Assembly: GCA_964016885.1 (NCBI GenBank)
Contig: OZ024741.1
Coordinates: forward strand, 106,702,001 to 106,766,000
Length of the DNA: 64,000 nucleotides
Direction of reading: 5' to 3'
DNA from: Eledone cirrhosa
Taxonomy: Eukaryota
Shown here: positions 40,035 to 52,345 of the stretch, in pieces
Numbering within the stretch: position 1 is the first letter of the stretch
Layout of the letters: the number at the start of each line of letters is the position of its first letter
Notes under the pieces: generated by a model
The model's input: the letters and a program-made list of their open reading frames with translations, nothing else
Databases searched by the model: none
Told to the model about the DNA's origin: nothing
Position numbers and translations under genes: made by a program

Positions 40035-41047
40035 GCATTAACATTTTTATCTATAAATTAGCTGATGAACCAAATAAATTGATGAATTTGATGAAAGAAT
40101 TGGTATTAAAAAACTGAATTGATAGAACAAATATTCTCGGAAGGCTTATCTTGGGATAGCGAATGTGCAGATGGTGATGGTGATGATGATGATGGTGGTG
40201 GTGATGGTGGTAGTGGTAGATGTTATGTTGGAGTGATGGTGGTGGTAGATGTGATTGTGAAGTGATAATCATGGTGGCGATGACGGTGTTGGTAGCTACT
40301 GTGGTTGGGATGGTTTGAGGGGGTGATGGTGGTGATGGTGGTGATAGGGCGATGGTGATGGTGGTAACAGTGGTGATGATGGTAGATGTTATGTTGGAGT
40401 GATAGTGGTGATAGTAGATATGATGGTAGAGTGATAGTTATGGAGGCGATGCCGGTGATGGTAGCTACGGTGGTTGGGATGGTGTTGCTGGTGACGGTAG
40501 TGATAGTGGGGAGGATGGAGGTGGTAATGGCGGTGGTGTTGTCAGAAGGAATCAGTTGAAACACCATTAAGAGGTAAATAGCAGCTAATGGCTTCCCTTA
40601 AAAGTTCTCAATACACACTCTTAGTGAAACGACCTCGTTGACAAAGGTAGATAACAGTTTAATCTGATTATAAACTGTTATCTATTAGAGAGATTTCGTT
40701 GGTCCAATAGTCATTTGGTTGGTTGTTGTTTAGCTGGCTGGTTGTTTTGTTCTTACTGTTGTTGTTGTTGTGGCTGTTGCTGTTATGGTTGCTGTTGTTG
40801 CTTTGCTGGTTGGTTGATTTTTAGGGTTTGTTGTTATTTTATTTGGCTGGCTGGCTAGTTGATTTATAGGGTTTATAGGGTTTATTTTTTGCTGTTGCTG
40901 TTGCGGTTGTTGGTGTTGTTGTGGTTGTTGTTATTGGTATTTTATATTGTGGGTGTTGCTGTTGATGTTGCTTTGCTGGTTGATTCGTTTGTAGGCTTGT
41001 TGTTACTGTTACTGTTGTTGTGGTAGTAGTAGTAGTAGTAGTAGTAA

Positions 41048-41093
<46 letters not shown>

Positions 41094-43560
41094 TGTAGTT
41101 GTTGTTGTTGTTGCTGTTACTATGTTGTTTTTTGTGTTGTTTCCTTAGTTGTTAATCTGTTATCAACAAGTTTATATAAATGTTTCTTTATCTTTCGATC
41201 TTGTTCTTTTGTAAGCTGGGGCAGAAATGTCACAGATTGTGGAAGTTCGTTTACTCTTTAATGAATAGAGTTTGTTTATGTTTGTTTGTTTTTATTATTT
41301 TTTGTTAGTCTTTGCTGCCAGGTGTCGTGGCGTACACAGGTAACTAATTAAACAAAATTGTATCCTGTAGTCTCTCTTGCATATTTGCGGAACACCGTAG
41401 CTGATTGTAACGTTGATGAGGGACCATGACACACTATTTCCTCTTGATGATCGTCACGAAGATTCTCTGTTTCTTCATGAGTTGAAGTTGATGTTGTTAA
41501 ACTCCAGGACAGCCACGACCCAGTAAACTTATTACCAGAAGAATTTCCTCGTATCTATCCGATATACTTGTTCAGACATTGTGCATGCGATGTGCCATTC
41601 ATTTTAAAGATAGCAAGGTGTGTTATGACTGAAATTTCGTTGCTATTTCTAACAGGAAGGTTTATTAATATGTTCTCCATATCCCGTATTATAAATAATT
41701 GAAGATAATCTTTATTTAGACTTCATAAAACGCAATGAAACGTGAGATAACAAAGGAAGATAAATAAAGGCAAGCACCATATTTTGAAAAAAATACTGCA
41801 AGATGTCGTGTTGGACGTTATAACAATTCCACCAATCTATCGATCGCTCTGTCACTTAGTCGACTTTTCCTTTTTTACTTAGAAAATGTTTGTTTTCAGA
41901 TATACACTACAAAAACAAGGCAACAACAAAGCCATGAAACAAACAAAAAAGAAGTTATCACCATCCACACCCTTTGTTGAACATCATAGTTCAATTACTA
42001 CGGACAAGTTAGTGAAAGCGTTGCCACACACACAATAAAACAATAACCCGCCCCCCGTAAAATAACAGCCAGCTGTATCTGCTGCATCAGCCATTCCACC
42101 TTACAGAGCATATTTCTCAGGCGTGATGCCCTTAACTCGATTTGGTGGAAGAAAACTGCAGTTCGGGACTGAAATTACAGAAGATTTTAACAGCGATAGA
42201 TAAAAAAATGGAATCTGTCCATTAGTCTTACCTAGAACGTGTTTGATCTTCATGTTTGCTGAACCAGAGCATCACCTTTTCATCACTAAAGGTTCCAACT
42301 GTCATAACAACAAACGCACTATCCCACCCATACCACCACCACCACCACCACCACCACCACCACCACCACCACCACCACCACCACCACCAACAACAACAAC
42401 AACCAGAATAACAACTACAGTATCAATAAGAACAATATCCTGCAACAACAACACTTATTTTCGATTTTGAGATTGAAAATTCCACCAAAATCTCTTCATG
42501 ACATCGAAAGCGATGTAGAGGACATGACATATTAGCTGAAGATAGGAAAAAATACAAGAGCGAGGAGACGGGGGGAAGGTAGACGAGGTAGGAGAAGCAT
42601 ACGAAGAAGTAGAAGGAAGAAGAGAAAGGACTGGAAGGAATAAAAAGAAGGACTGGAAGGAAGAAGAATGTAAAAGAGAAAGGACTGGAAGGAAAAAGCT
42701 GAAATGAACAAGCAGGGAAGGCAGAAGAAAAAGGAAAAGAAAGAAAGGAAGAAGAAGAAAAAGAAGAAAGGCAGAAGAAATGTAGATACCAACTCAAAGA
42801 AAGAGAAGAAAAAGACGAAGACAAAAAAGAAAAAAGAAGAAGAAGAAGAAGAAGAAGAAGAAGAAGAAGAAGAAGAAGAAGAAGAAGAAGAAGAAGAAGA
42901 AGAAGAATTCGTTGATTTATTGTTAAAAGTTCTGTGTTGCTGGGAAGATGGACGCCGGAGAGTTCAAATTGATAAGCTAATTACAGTTGATAGAATGTGT
43001 TATTTTCTTCGGAGATTGCTTGGCCATGATTGAACGGCATCCAGGCCAACCATCAACTTATAGCCTGGTGTTACATTGCTGATTCAAGGGCAGATAACTG
43101 AATAAATTTATGTAAATGAAACACGCTGGAAACCCAACGTTCCAGAGCTTGTTAGGACGTTTGTATATATAAGGCGTCTCAATACGTGCGACAAGTCATT
43201 TATATTCTAACGCGCCATCTCCCGGGGGCGTACAGAAGGATTTAGCATGGCTTTCACTCTATGGCGCTTTATATGTAGCTTCGTTATTCATAATATTGTT
43301 TTTAACTTGATTGTATTCTTGTTGTTGATGTCGCTGTTGGTATTAAAATTGTTTTCGTTGTTGTTGTTTATGTTGTTGCTATTTTTGTTGTTGTTATTGA
43401 TGTTCATCTTATTGTTGTTGTTGTTATTGTTGTAGCAAATGTTATTGTATTTATTTCATTTGATTTCATTTCATTTCAATTCAATGTGCTGAGAAGAGAC
43501 GATGAGATTACGAGCGAACAGATATATGTGTGTGTGAGTGAGTGAAATAGAGAGAGAGAG

Positions 43561-43601
<41 letters not shown>

Positions 43602-44889
43602 GAGAGAGAGAGAGAGAGAGAAAGGAGCAATAGGAAATGTCTTTACATTAACAGTTACAATATAACAGTAGTTGTAATGGCAGCAGATGTACAACAGATA
43701 CAAAGGCCAATAAAAAAAAACACAAAAAAAAACACAAAAAGCGTGATTTTTTTGTTTTCTTTTTTTTGGCAGACGTATCAAACTATCTCGTACAGATAGA
43801 TCGACCTACAACAACAACAAATAGGTAATTTTCAGTAATTTATTAAACAGGAAATTTATACAAAACAAATAAAAATTACCACATAAATATGCTTCATTAT
43901 ATTTTTTGTTCTTCCTGTAAAACAAAAAGAGATAATACCAACATAACAAAAGAAGGTATCTGGGGGACAAAAAACACCAATTTTGCTGTTGTAGTGTTGT
44001 TGCTGTTTGACTATAGGTCAACTTTGACCTATGATCAATGGTATTCCATCCACGACCACCCTACCTTGTTTTCAGGCAGAGTGAGTCCAGCTAAGACTTC
44101 AATTTCAGATATGTCCTTCCCTTTTGTTATTTTTAAGACACTAAGGTGATATGTGATATAGGCTTGGCTGCCATTTTTAGCAAGTTGAATAATCACCTAG
44201 AGGTAGTGCCGGTGGGACTCGTTTGTAACAGATAGGCATACGAACAATACGAACAATAGAACAACAATAGAACAACACAACATTACAACAAGAATATCTC
44301 ATAGTTAAGTCATTTATAGTAATTTATTAAACAGGAAATTTATACAACAAACATATATAAAACAAATACCCATAAATATAAACGATACTTTCTGTTTGTT
44401 TTTCGTTTCTCTTCGTTTAGTTTATTTATTCCATTCATTATTTTCTTCCCGGACGAAAAAAATATGACACACACACACACACACACACACACGCGCGCTC
44501 TCTCTTTCTCTTTTTTTCTCTCTTTCTCTTTCAATTTCTCTCTCTCTCTCACACACACATATATAAAGAGAAGTGACGGCAGGATAACTATGTATAAAGC
44601 TGAACCAATTCACAAAAGAAACGGTAATTACAGAGAAGAAATCCATTTCCCTAGCCATATGGCTAAATTCATCGGTACGTTGCAAGCTCATATGTGTGCA
44701 GTTTGGTTTAATGCATAATTGAAGTAATTCGCTGGATAAATGTTTAAGATAAGGAATTATCGATCAGTGAATTGCATGCCTAAATCTATGGACAAAAACA
44801 TAACAAATACACAAATAATAAACAAAAAAACAAACAAACAAAAAACAACATTTGTATGAATGAACAACTATAGCTTTATGTATGCATTA

Positions 44890-44961
<72 letters not shown>

Positions 44962-44997
44962 CATATAGACAAACACATATACACACATAGATACAAG

Positions 44998-45028
<31 letters not shown>

Positions 45029-45271
45029 AAAGAGACTTATATCTGTGTATAATATACCAATGAACATGTGTCTATATTTGTATATATGTGATCTTATTTG
45101 AGTATTGAACACATCTTGGTTGTGGTAAGGGTGGGGAAGATTAATACATTAACAGTAAGTGTGTATACATTGCTGTGTATGTATGTGTGTATATATCACT
45201 GTGTATGTAGATGTGTGTACCTCCATGTGTATGTAGACTAGGTGTGTATTTATCTTTCCTTATGTACGTAG

Positions 45272-45320
<49 letters not shown>

Positions 45321-45514
45321 CATATACATCGAAGTGTGCATACCTCTCCCCGTGTATCTAGGTGTGTATACCTCTCCTTTTGCATGTATGTGTGTATGGA
45401 TATCTCCCTGTTTATGTGGATGTGTATATTTCTCTCTGTATATGTCTGTGTGTATGCCTCTCTCTTTGTATCTAGACGCGTATGTACCCCTCCCTGTGTA
45501 TGTAAGTGTATATA

Positions 45515-46647
45515 CATTATTGCGCAGTTCTTTGAGGACATGTCTTTTAACAGCTCTAAACTTTTTCTAACTTATTCTGTTTATTATTTCATTCCAGACA
45601 AATGATGACAGACATAATGCTAACCCAGCAAATGAAACAGCATGCTCTATTCGTTATTTTAAAGGCGGGACATAGTGATTTAGAGCGCGCTCGCTAGAGT
45701 AGCAGCAGTAGGTAAACGTAAAACGCCCGGTAAGTGTCCTAATACCATCAGAACACTGAAATGTGTACGAAACGTACAGGAAATTATCGATAAGAACCGC
45801 AGAAAACAAATTAGCGCCATTGCTAAGAAGCTTAAGGTTTCAAGGCAAGCTATCGGAAGAATGGTGCAGGAGAACCTTCGATTTAAGTTATATGGAGTGC
45901 GGTGAGGCCAATTCATGTCTGCAAAGTCAAAGATAACTCTGATCCGCTCAAAGCGCTTGTTGAGCAAGTCGAAACATCAAAAACCTAGAATACTTTTTTT
46001 TCTCTGATGAGAAAAACTTTGATCAAGACGAAAAAGCCAACCGAAACAATGACAGATGCTTATGTAAAGACTCTAAAGATATTTCAACGCCAACTGTAAC
46101 GGTTCAGGGAGTCGTGAGCAACGAGGAAGGTGTTATGCTTCCACTTCTTTCGTCGGGGTTTAAGGTTCAATGTCACTGACTATAAGGAGGTGTTAGAGAA
46201 TGTTGTCAGGCCTTGGATAGAGAAGGTGAGCAAAAGATGATCATACATCTATCAAAAAGACTCTGCGTCGTCTCACAAGGCCAAAATGACCCAATAATGG
46301 ATGAGTTACAATCTCCACGACCCAGTCACCCCAAATACATGGCCTCATAGCTCTCCAGATTTGAATCCGTTAGACTACTACATATGGGACGTTGTCGAGA
46401 GGAAGTCAATCAACGCCGCCATGACCGCACAATGAGAAAAATAGATAAAGCTCATTTGATTCGGGCATGCCAACATTTCAACCTCGTATTGAAGAAGTCA
46501 TCGATGACAACGGTAGATTCATTGAGTACCATTGAGTACATGTATCAAGAAGAGTCTCAAAATTATTATGCCAATTTTTTCTCTTTTATGACTTTAGCAC
46601 CTTTTACTAAACTCATGCAAATGTCCTCAAAGAACCGAGCAGCCCTG
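45515..46647 (+). mobile_element. Decayed Tc1/mariner-superfamily transposon (DD37D/maT-like)
   Basis: Degenerate TIRs sharing gttctttgaggacat, with TA flanks. Remnant peptides FSDEKNFDQD, QKDSASSHKA and WPHSSPDLNPLDYY; many stops. Confidence 0.82.
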
Positions 46648-46986
46648 TACTTCTCCCTGTGTATCTAGGTGTGCACAATTCTCTCCCTCTCTGTAGCTAG
46701 GTGTGCATGATTCTCGTTCTGTGTATCTAGGTGTGTATGTATACCTATGTATCTAGATGTGAGTATGCCGCCCTCTCTCTCTCTCTCTGACTGTATGTAC
46801 CACTCCCTATATCTTTAGCCTTTCCGTGTTTCTGTGCGCATGACACGAATAAATAGAGAGAAAGAGTAAAGGAGAGTGAGCAATACGTACAATGGATTAG
46901 CAAGTAAGGGAGAGAGAGAGAGTGAGAGTGAGTAAGAGTAAGAGAAAGAGGGAGAGAGAAAGTGAGAGAGAAGGAGAAGGAATAAG

Positions 46987-47028
<42 letters not shown>

Positions 47029-47419
47029 TAAGAGGGATATAGAGAAGGAGAGTAAAAAGGAAAGTGGATGTAAGTATCAAATACAAGATGCAAGGTTAAA
47101 CTGAAAAAGAAACAGAGAGAGGGTGTGTGTATGTGTGTGTGTGTGTGAGAGAGAGAGAGGAGAGAGAAAGAGGAGAGAGAGGGAGGAGATGGAGAGAGAG
47201 AGAGAGAGAGAGGAGAGAGATAGAGGAGAGAGAGAGAGAGGGAGAGTAAAAGTGGGTGAAAGAGAACCAGAAGCAAAGGGCAAAAGTCCCATATGATTAA
47301 GGGATTATATTGTGTAGTTGAGCTTAATCCTCTGTATAAATCCCCTTGAGTGAGGGAGAGTGTGTAGTTAGACATTTCAGCAATGGAATACAATTGCTGA
47401 TCATTATTTATTCTCATTA

Positions 47420-47848
47420 GGTGGATTGGCAGTATCGGTAGAGGGTCGGTAGATTGGCAGTATCGGTAGAGGTTCGGACGCCATGCTTTGACGTATAGAG
47501 TTACGGCTCTTGCCATTCTGAGTTCAAATCCCGCTGAGGTTAACTTTGCCTTTCATCCTTACGAGGTCGATAAAATAAAGTGCCAGTAATGCACTGGGTA
47601 ATTGCTGGCCTTGTGCCCAAAGTAGAAACAATTATTTATTCTCATTAGGGCGGTGGATTGGCATTATGGTAGAGGGTCGGACGCCATGCTTTGACGCATA
47701 GAGTTACGGCCCTTGCCATTCTGAGTTCAAATCCCGCCGAGGTTAACTTTGCCTTTCATCCTTACGGGGTCGATAAAATAAAGTACCAGTAATGCACTGA
47801 GTAATTGCTGGCCTTGTGCCAAAAATAGAAACAATTATTTATTCTCAT
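47420..47848 (+). mobile_element. Two tandem copies of the same SINE
   Basis: Two full SINE bodies, bounded by three copies of tttattctcatt. Confidence 0.88.
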
Positions 47849-48587
47849 TCTTGTTCTCACCAACGTTGGTCATGATCATATATATAGGTCTGCTTCAGTC
47901 GTGACTGATCACAGGTTTGACCCTGAAACTATCTCCCAAATGTGCAAACCTGTTCAATGTGTTTCTGTGGAAGACCAACAGTATGTATGGCAGTCACTCC
48001 TCTCCACGCCACCGATGTTTTTTCGTCGCAACTCATTTCTACAGATGAGTGAACTAGAGCAACATGAAATAAAAGGTCGTGCTCAAGGACACAACGTATC
48101 ACGCGATCGACGAATCGAACACACAAATATGAACCCATGACGCTAATCACATGTTTCCTCGTATTTTTCCTACCACCACACCATACCACTGGTATTAACC
48201 ATCATCTATCATCAACATTGTCCATACCACCATATCATACAACAGATACTAACCATATTTACTACCATCTCTTCATACTGACATTGTCTATGCCATTATA
48301 CTACACGACAGGTACTAACAATATTTAATACCACTCCTCCACATCAACATTGTCCTACTACCGCACCACTGGTGCTATATATATATAACTTAATTTTAGG
48401 TTTAATCAGTACTATAAAATATATATAGATAATGTAAAATAATGTGTTTAGAGCTTAATAATATGAAATAATTTTAAACGCTATATATAGATATATCAAT
48501 TATTATATCTCAATATATAGTTTGATAATATTACACACACACACATATATATATATATATTTATATATATATATATTAATAATAATG

Positions 48588-48630
<43 letters not shown>

Positions 48631-48890
48631 TTTCTTTATTAACCACAAGGGTTTACATAAAGTAGACATTAAGGACAGTGCAGGACAATGCAGGACGGTA
48701 CAAATGGGCATTTCTGCGTGTAAAAAAACAAAAACAGAGGATGTAACAAAAATAACAATGAAAATAACAATGAAAAATTCCCCAATAGGGGGGAGACTTC
48801 GGAGGGACATTTGTGGAGAAAGCCCAGTAAAAAGCCACAATGACCCTGACCACCAAGGCAAGTGCCCTCTCCCAGTTTTCCACCTTTAAT

Positions 48891-51800
48891 TTACAGATAT
48901 ATGCTCAGAGTAGGCCCATTCACTCGGGCCATTCTTGCTTCTCTCACCCATCTTTCAACAAAATGCTGGGAAGAGAGCACTTCCCTCTCTACTCTGATTT
49001 TCCTTTTCAAATGAAATTTGAAAAAGTCAATCAGAGCATCACCGAAGAGGTAAGTGCTCGTCTTCAGCCCTTTCAAACGTGTCCACCATACTATCTCTTT
49101 CGCCATGGCCACTAGGCAGATAAAAACTGCCTGCCCTTCCCGGCTAAAGGAGGCGGGCGGGGCAATCCTCACGATGGACTCAGATGATAGCTGGATCCGT
49201 CCTAAACGCGACAGCAGGTGTTCGACATAAACCCACAAGTCAGCAATTTTCGGACACTGGACGAGTGCGTGCAGGACGGTTTCGTCGCCCTGCGCGCATC
49301 TCGGACATGCACGGCTGACGGCACCTCCATGCCTGTAGAGTTTATCCCGAACTGGCAAGGCTCCTCGGTAGCACTGCCAGGCCAGAGATTTCTGGAAGTT
49401 GTCCATAGGCCCTGGCCCGAAAGTTCTTCCGAAGAGATTGGCTAGTTGATTTTCGTCGACGCCTAGAGTTTCCCCAAGTACGTCGTCGCTCTTCCCCTCC
49501 ACTAATCCTCTATAGAACGCCGAGGTGGAGTTTCCACCGATCACATTGCCCGATTGGTCGAGGGCTGTGAGCGCCTGAAGACATTCCAGTCTCCAGGCGC
49601 TCCCTCTCGGTCTTCGCTTGACCCAGGACTGCAGCTCCGTCAAGGAAACGAGCTGGGGAAACACGCGTCTAGCAAACGGCGACCACACCTGATCACCGTC
49701 GAGGAAGAGGTGGAGATGTCGTAGCCTGAGCGCGTGCCTGCGCATCATCAGCCACGGCATGCCCAGCCCTCCACGTAGCGGGTGTTGACAACAGATGGAC
49801 CGCCTGACCATCGGAGCACGTCCCATCCACAAAAAGCGAAAGAGCAAACGCTCCAGCGCAGTCAGGCGAGGCTTAGGACAAGGTACGACGGTTAGGCGGT
49901 AGCAGATGACAGACGCGATGTACGCGTTAGCCACCTCCGCTCGACCTTTCAGGGATAGCTTCCTCTCCGCCCATTTCTGGGTGAGAGAAGCCACCCTGCT
50001 CGTCACCTCGTCCCAGTTTTTGTCCGTCTGGAGGTCCGGACCGAACCAGACCCCTAGCAATTTAACCGGTCCGTCCGTCCAGCGCCCGACGACGCTGTTG
50101 GACGGCATGGACCTGCCTCTCCAGGTGCCGAGCTGCAGGCCCACTGACTTTTCCTGGTTGATCATTGCTCCTGTCACCGCTTCGTATTCTCTTAGTGTAG
50201 TGCCGATCGCCTCGATGTGTTTGGCGTTCGACACCACTACGGTGACATCGTCCGCATATGCTGACACGGATCTTCCGCATCCTAGTTCGCGCGGGACTCC
50301 CCTCAACGTCTCCAGTTTGTGCAGTAATGGCTCGAGAGTCAATACGTACAAGAGGGACGAGAGGGGACATCCTTGGCGGACCGAGCGCATGATGTTGAAC
50401 GGTTCCGACAGGTGACCGTTCACTCTCACCACAGAGCAGATGTCGCTGTGCATGGCAGCGATCCAGCCTCTGAAGACGGGCCCAAAGCCAGCCGCCCTCA
50501 GGACTGCCGCTAGGTAACGATGGTCGACCCTATCGAAAGCTTTCGACTGATCTAAATTGATCAAGGACCCACCCGTGCCAGGTTCCCTAGCTACCCTCTC
50601 TACGATGTATCGCATGAGGTGGAGGTTGTCGTGGATGGATCTGTCGGGAATGGCGCATGTCTGCGCCTCTCCCACCAGACCACCAACGACAAGCGCCAAC
50701 CTCTTTGCTAGCACCTTGGCCAAAATCTTAAACTCTGTGTTTAGCAGAGTTATGGGCCGGAAATTGTCTATGTTATCCCCCTTGTTCGGATCCTTTCTCA
50801 GCAGTGCCACCGCTCCTCGGCTCACAGAACTGGGAATTCTCCCGTTCTGTTGCCAGTTGCAGTAGACGTCCGCCAAGAGGCCTCCGAACAAGTCTGGCAT
50901 CTGTACGTAAAGTTCATAGGGCAGACCATCCAAACCAGGCGATTTACCCCTTGTGCAGCCAGTCATTGCCTCCCGTACTTCAGCGGCTGTTATCGGCTTT
51001 TCGCAACACTTCGCCTCAGTGGCCGAGAGCCGCGGCAGTCCGTCGAGGTAGACACTAAAGTCCATCCCTCTACCCGGCCCCCCGCTGCCCCCGAACAGCT
51101 GAGCGAAGTGTCGCTGAAAAGCTTCACACATTTGCCCGGGATCGAGTAGCATGCGCCCGTCGTGGTCCACCAAAGACCGGATCGTGGCTTTGTTGCCACG
51201 ACGCGCCTCCGCCACTCCGGCCCATTGAACGGCTTTCGTCCCCTCGTGTCTGAGAGCACGCACCCTAGCTCTGACAACGCAGCCTTCGTGCTTTGCATTG
51301 AAGAATTGGTCAAGGGCCAATTTCGCCGCAAGCACGTCGGTCGCAATGCCTTTGCTAAGCGCCTCGTCTAATTTTCTAACTAGTTCTCCCTCTGCTCTAT
51401 TTTTCTCTATTGCTAAAGCCTTACTAAACCTAATCGATTCTATTCTAATCGCTCTTTTCAGAGCAAACCACCACTTGTTGTTGACGATGGCCCCCGTCAA
51501 CGCCCGCTTAACTAGTTCGCTAATCCGGTCTCTGTAGGCCTTGCGCGCTGGTAAGGACGCGTTTAGCTTCCAGTAGCCGGGTCCTCGTCTATGAAGCCTA
51601 TCTAAGTCAAGCACACAGGTCACGAATTTGTGGTCCGTGTAGCTGACTATCTTGAATTGTGGACAGCCTATGCTAGACCTATCTATTTCCCTACAAAATA
51701 CTCTATCTAGATATGATCTGGATGACCCTATGCGGTTTGTCCAAGTCCACATTGGCACATTCGGGAAATCCAATCGGTACCTGTCAGACAGTTCAAAACG

Positions 51801-52310
51801 CCTGAGCAGGTTGGTGAGGCTCTTGCACCCTCCACCCCTATCCGCTAATCCCACACAGTCCCAGCGTGCATCTAAGATCCCGTTCCAGTCGCCCACTAAC
51901 ACTAAAGAGCGGGACGTTCCAAGAAAGGTCTCCAGACGCCGGAAGAAATCAGGCCGCCCTGCTCCTGTCGGGGCATAGACGGCCACTAGCCTGAAAGCTT
52001 GCCCGTCTCCGCTGGTCACGTCCAGCACCACCAGCTTACCCTCTGGGTCCAGGAAGATGGCCCGTATGGCGAGATCCAAACCTCTCCGAAAAAGCACAGC
52101 AACTCCTCCACCCGATCCAGGACGGCTGGGAGATGCGTACACATCGAAGCCGCCGAAGATCGGTGCGAAGGCCCGTGCTTCGGAGATTCTGGTCTCGCTG
52201 ATGGCCACTACATCTATGTTTAGTGACCTGAGGTCGTTGAGCAGGTGACCCTGCTTCCATGACGACCCCAAGCCACGCGCATTTATGCTGCCTATTCTGA
52301 GTGAGGTCAT
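48891..52310 (-). CDS. LINE ORF2 (APE endonuclease + reverse transcriptase + C-terminal CCHC zinc finger), L1/Tx1-type, copy 1, intact
   Basis: 1139 aa open frame with APE motifs (SINARGL, VAISET, GDWN, SYLDRVF, TDH), RT motifs (KSPGLDG, FRPITLLN, DQSKAFDRV, RQGCPLS, YADD) and CPRC...ETVLHALVQC. The GPGYWKLN linker is typical of the L1/Tx1 clade. Confidence 0.95.
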   Translation of the reverse strand: MTSLRIGSINARGLGSSWKQGHLLNDLRSLNIDVVAISETRISEARAFAPIFGGFDVYASPSRPGSGGGVAVLFRRGLDLAIRAIFLDPEGKLVVLDVTSGDGQAFRLVAVYAPTGAGRPDFFRRLETFLGTSRSLVLVGDWNGILDARWDCVGLADRGGGCKSLTNLLRRFELSDRYRLDFPNVPMWTWTNRIGSSRSYLDRVFCREIDRSSIGCPQFKIVSYTDHKFVTCVLDLDRLHRRGPGYWKLNASLPARKAYRDRISELVKRALTGAIVNNKWWFALKRAIRIESIRFSKALAIEKNRAEGELVRKLDEALSKGIATDVLAAKLALDQFFNAKHEGCVVRARVRALRHEGTKAVQWAGVAEARRGNKATIRSLVDHDGRMLLDPGQMCEAFQRHFAQLFGGSGGPGRGMDFSVYLDGLPRLSATEAKCCEKPITAAEVREAMTGCTRGKSPGLDGLPYELYVQMPDLFGGLLADVYCNWQQNGRIPSSVSRGAVALLRKDPNKGDNIDNFRPITLLNTEFKILAKVLAKRLALVVGGLVGEAQTCAIPDRSIHDNLHLMRYIVERVAREPGTGGSLINLDQSKAFDRVDHRYLAAVLRAAGFGPVFRGWIAAMHSDICSVVRVNGHLSEPFNIMRSVRQGCPLSSLLYVLTLEPLLHKLETLRGVPRELGCGRSVSAYADDVTVVVSNAKHIEAIGTTLREYEAVTGAMINQEKSVGLQLGTWRGRSMPSNSVVGRWTDGPVKLLGVWFGPDLQTDKNWDEVTSRVASLTQKWAERKLSLKGRAEVANAYIASVICYRLTVVPCPKPRLTALERLLFRFLWMGRAPMVRRSICCQHPLRGGLGMPWLMMRRHALRLRHLHLFLDGDQVWSPFARRVFPQLVSLTELQSWVKRRPRGSAWRLECLQALTALDQSGNVIGGNSTSAFYRGLVEGKSDDVLGETLGVDENQLANLFGRTFGPGPMDNFQKSLAWQCYRGALPVRDKLYRHGGAVSRACPRCAQGDETVLHALVQCPKIADLWVYVEHLLSRLGRIQLSSESIVRIAPPASFSREGQAVFICLVAMAKEIVWWTRLKGLKTSTYLFGDALIDFFKFHLKRKIRVEREVLSSQHFVERWVREARMARVNGPTLSIYL

Positions 52311-52345
52311 GTTTAAAATAGAGTGGAAAAGATGGGAAAGACCAC

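Noticed and set aside
40830-40885. tttagggttt and tagggttta motifs as telomeric repeats
   Set aside because: Only two or three imperfect units in low-complexity sequence.
43830-44380. ~30-55 bp direct repeat about 490 bp apart as LTRs or a target duplication
   Set aside because: Short, AT-rich and without element hallmarks between the copies.
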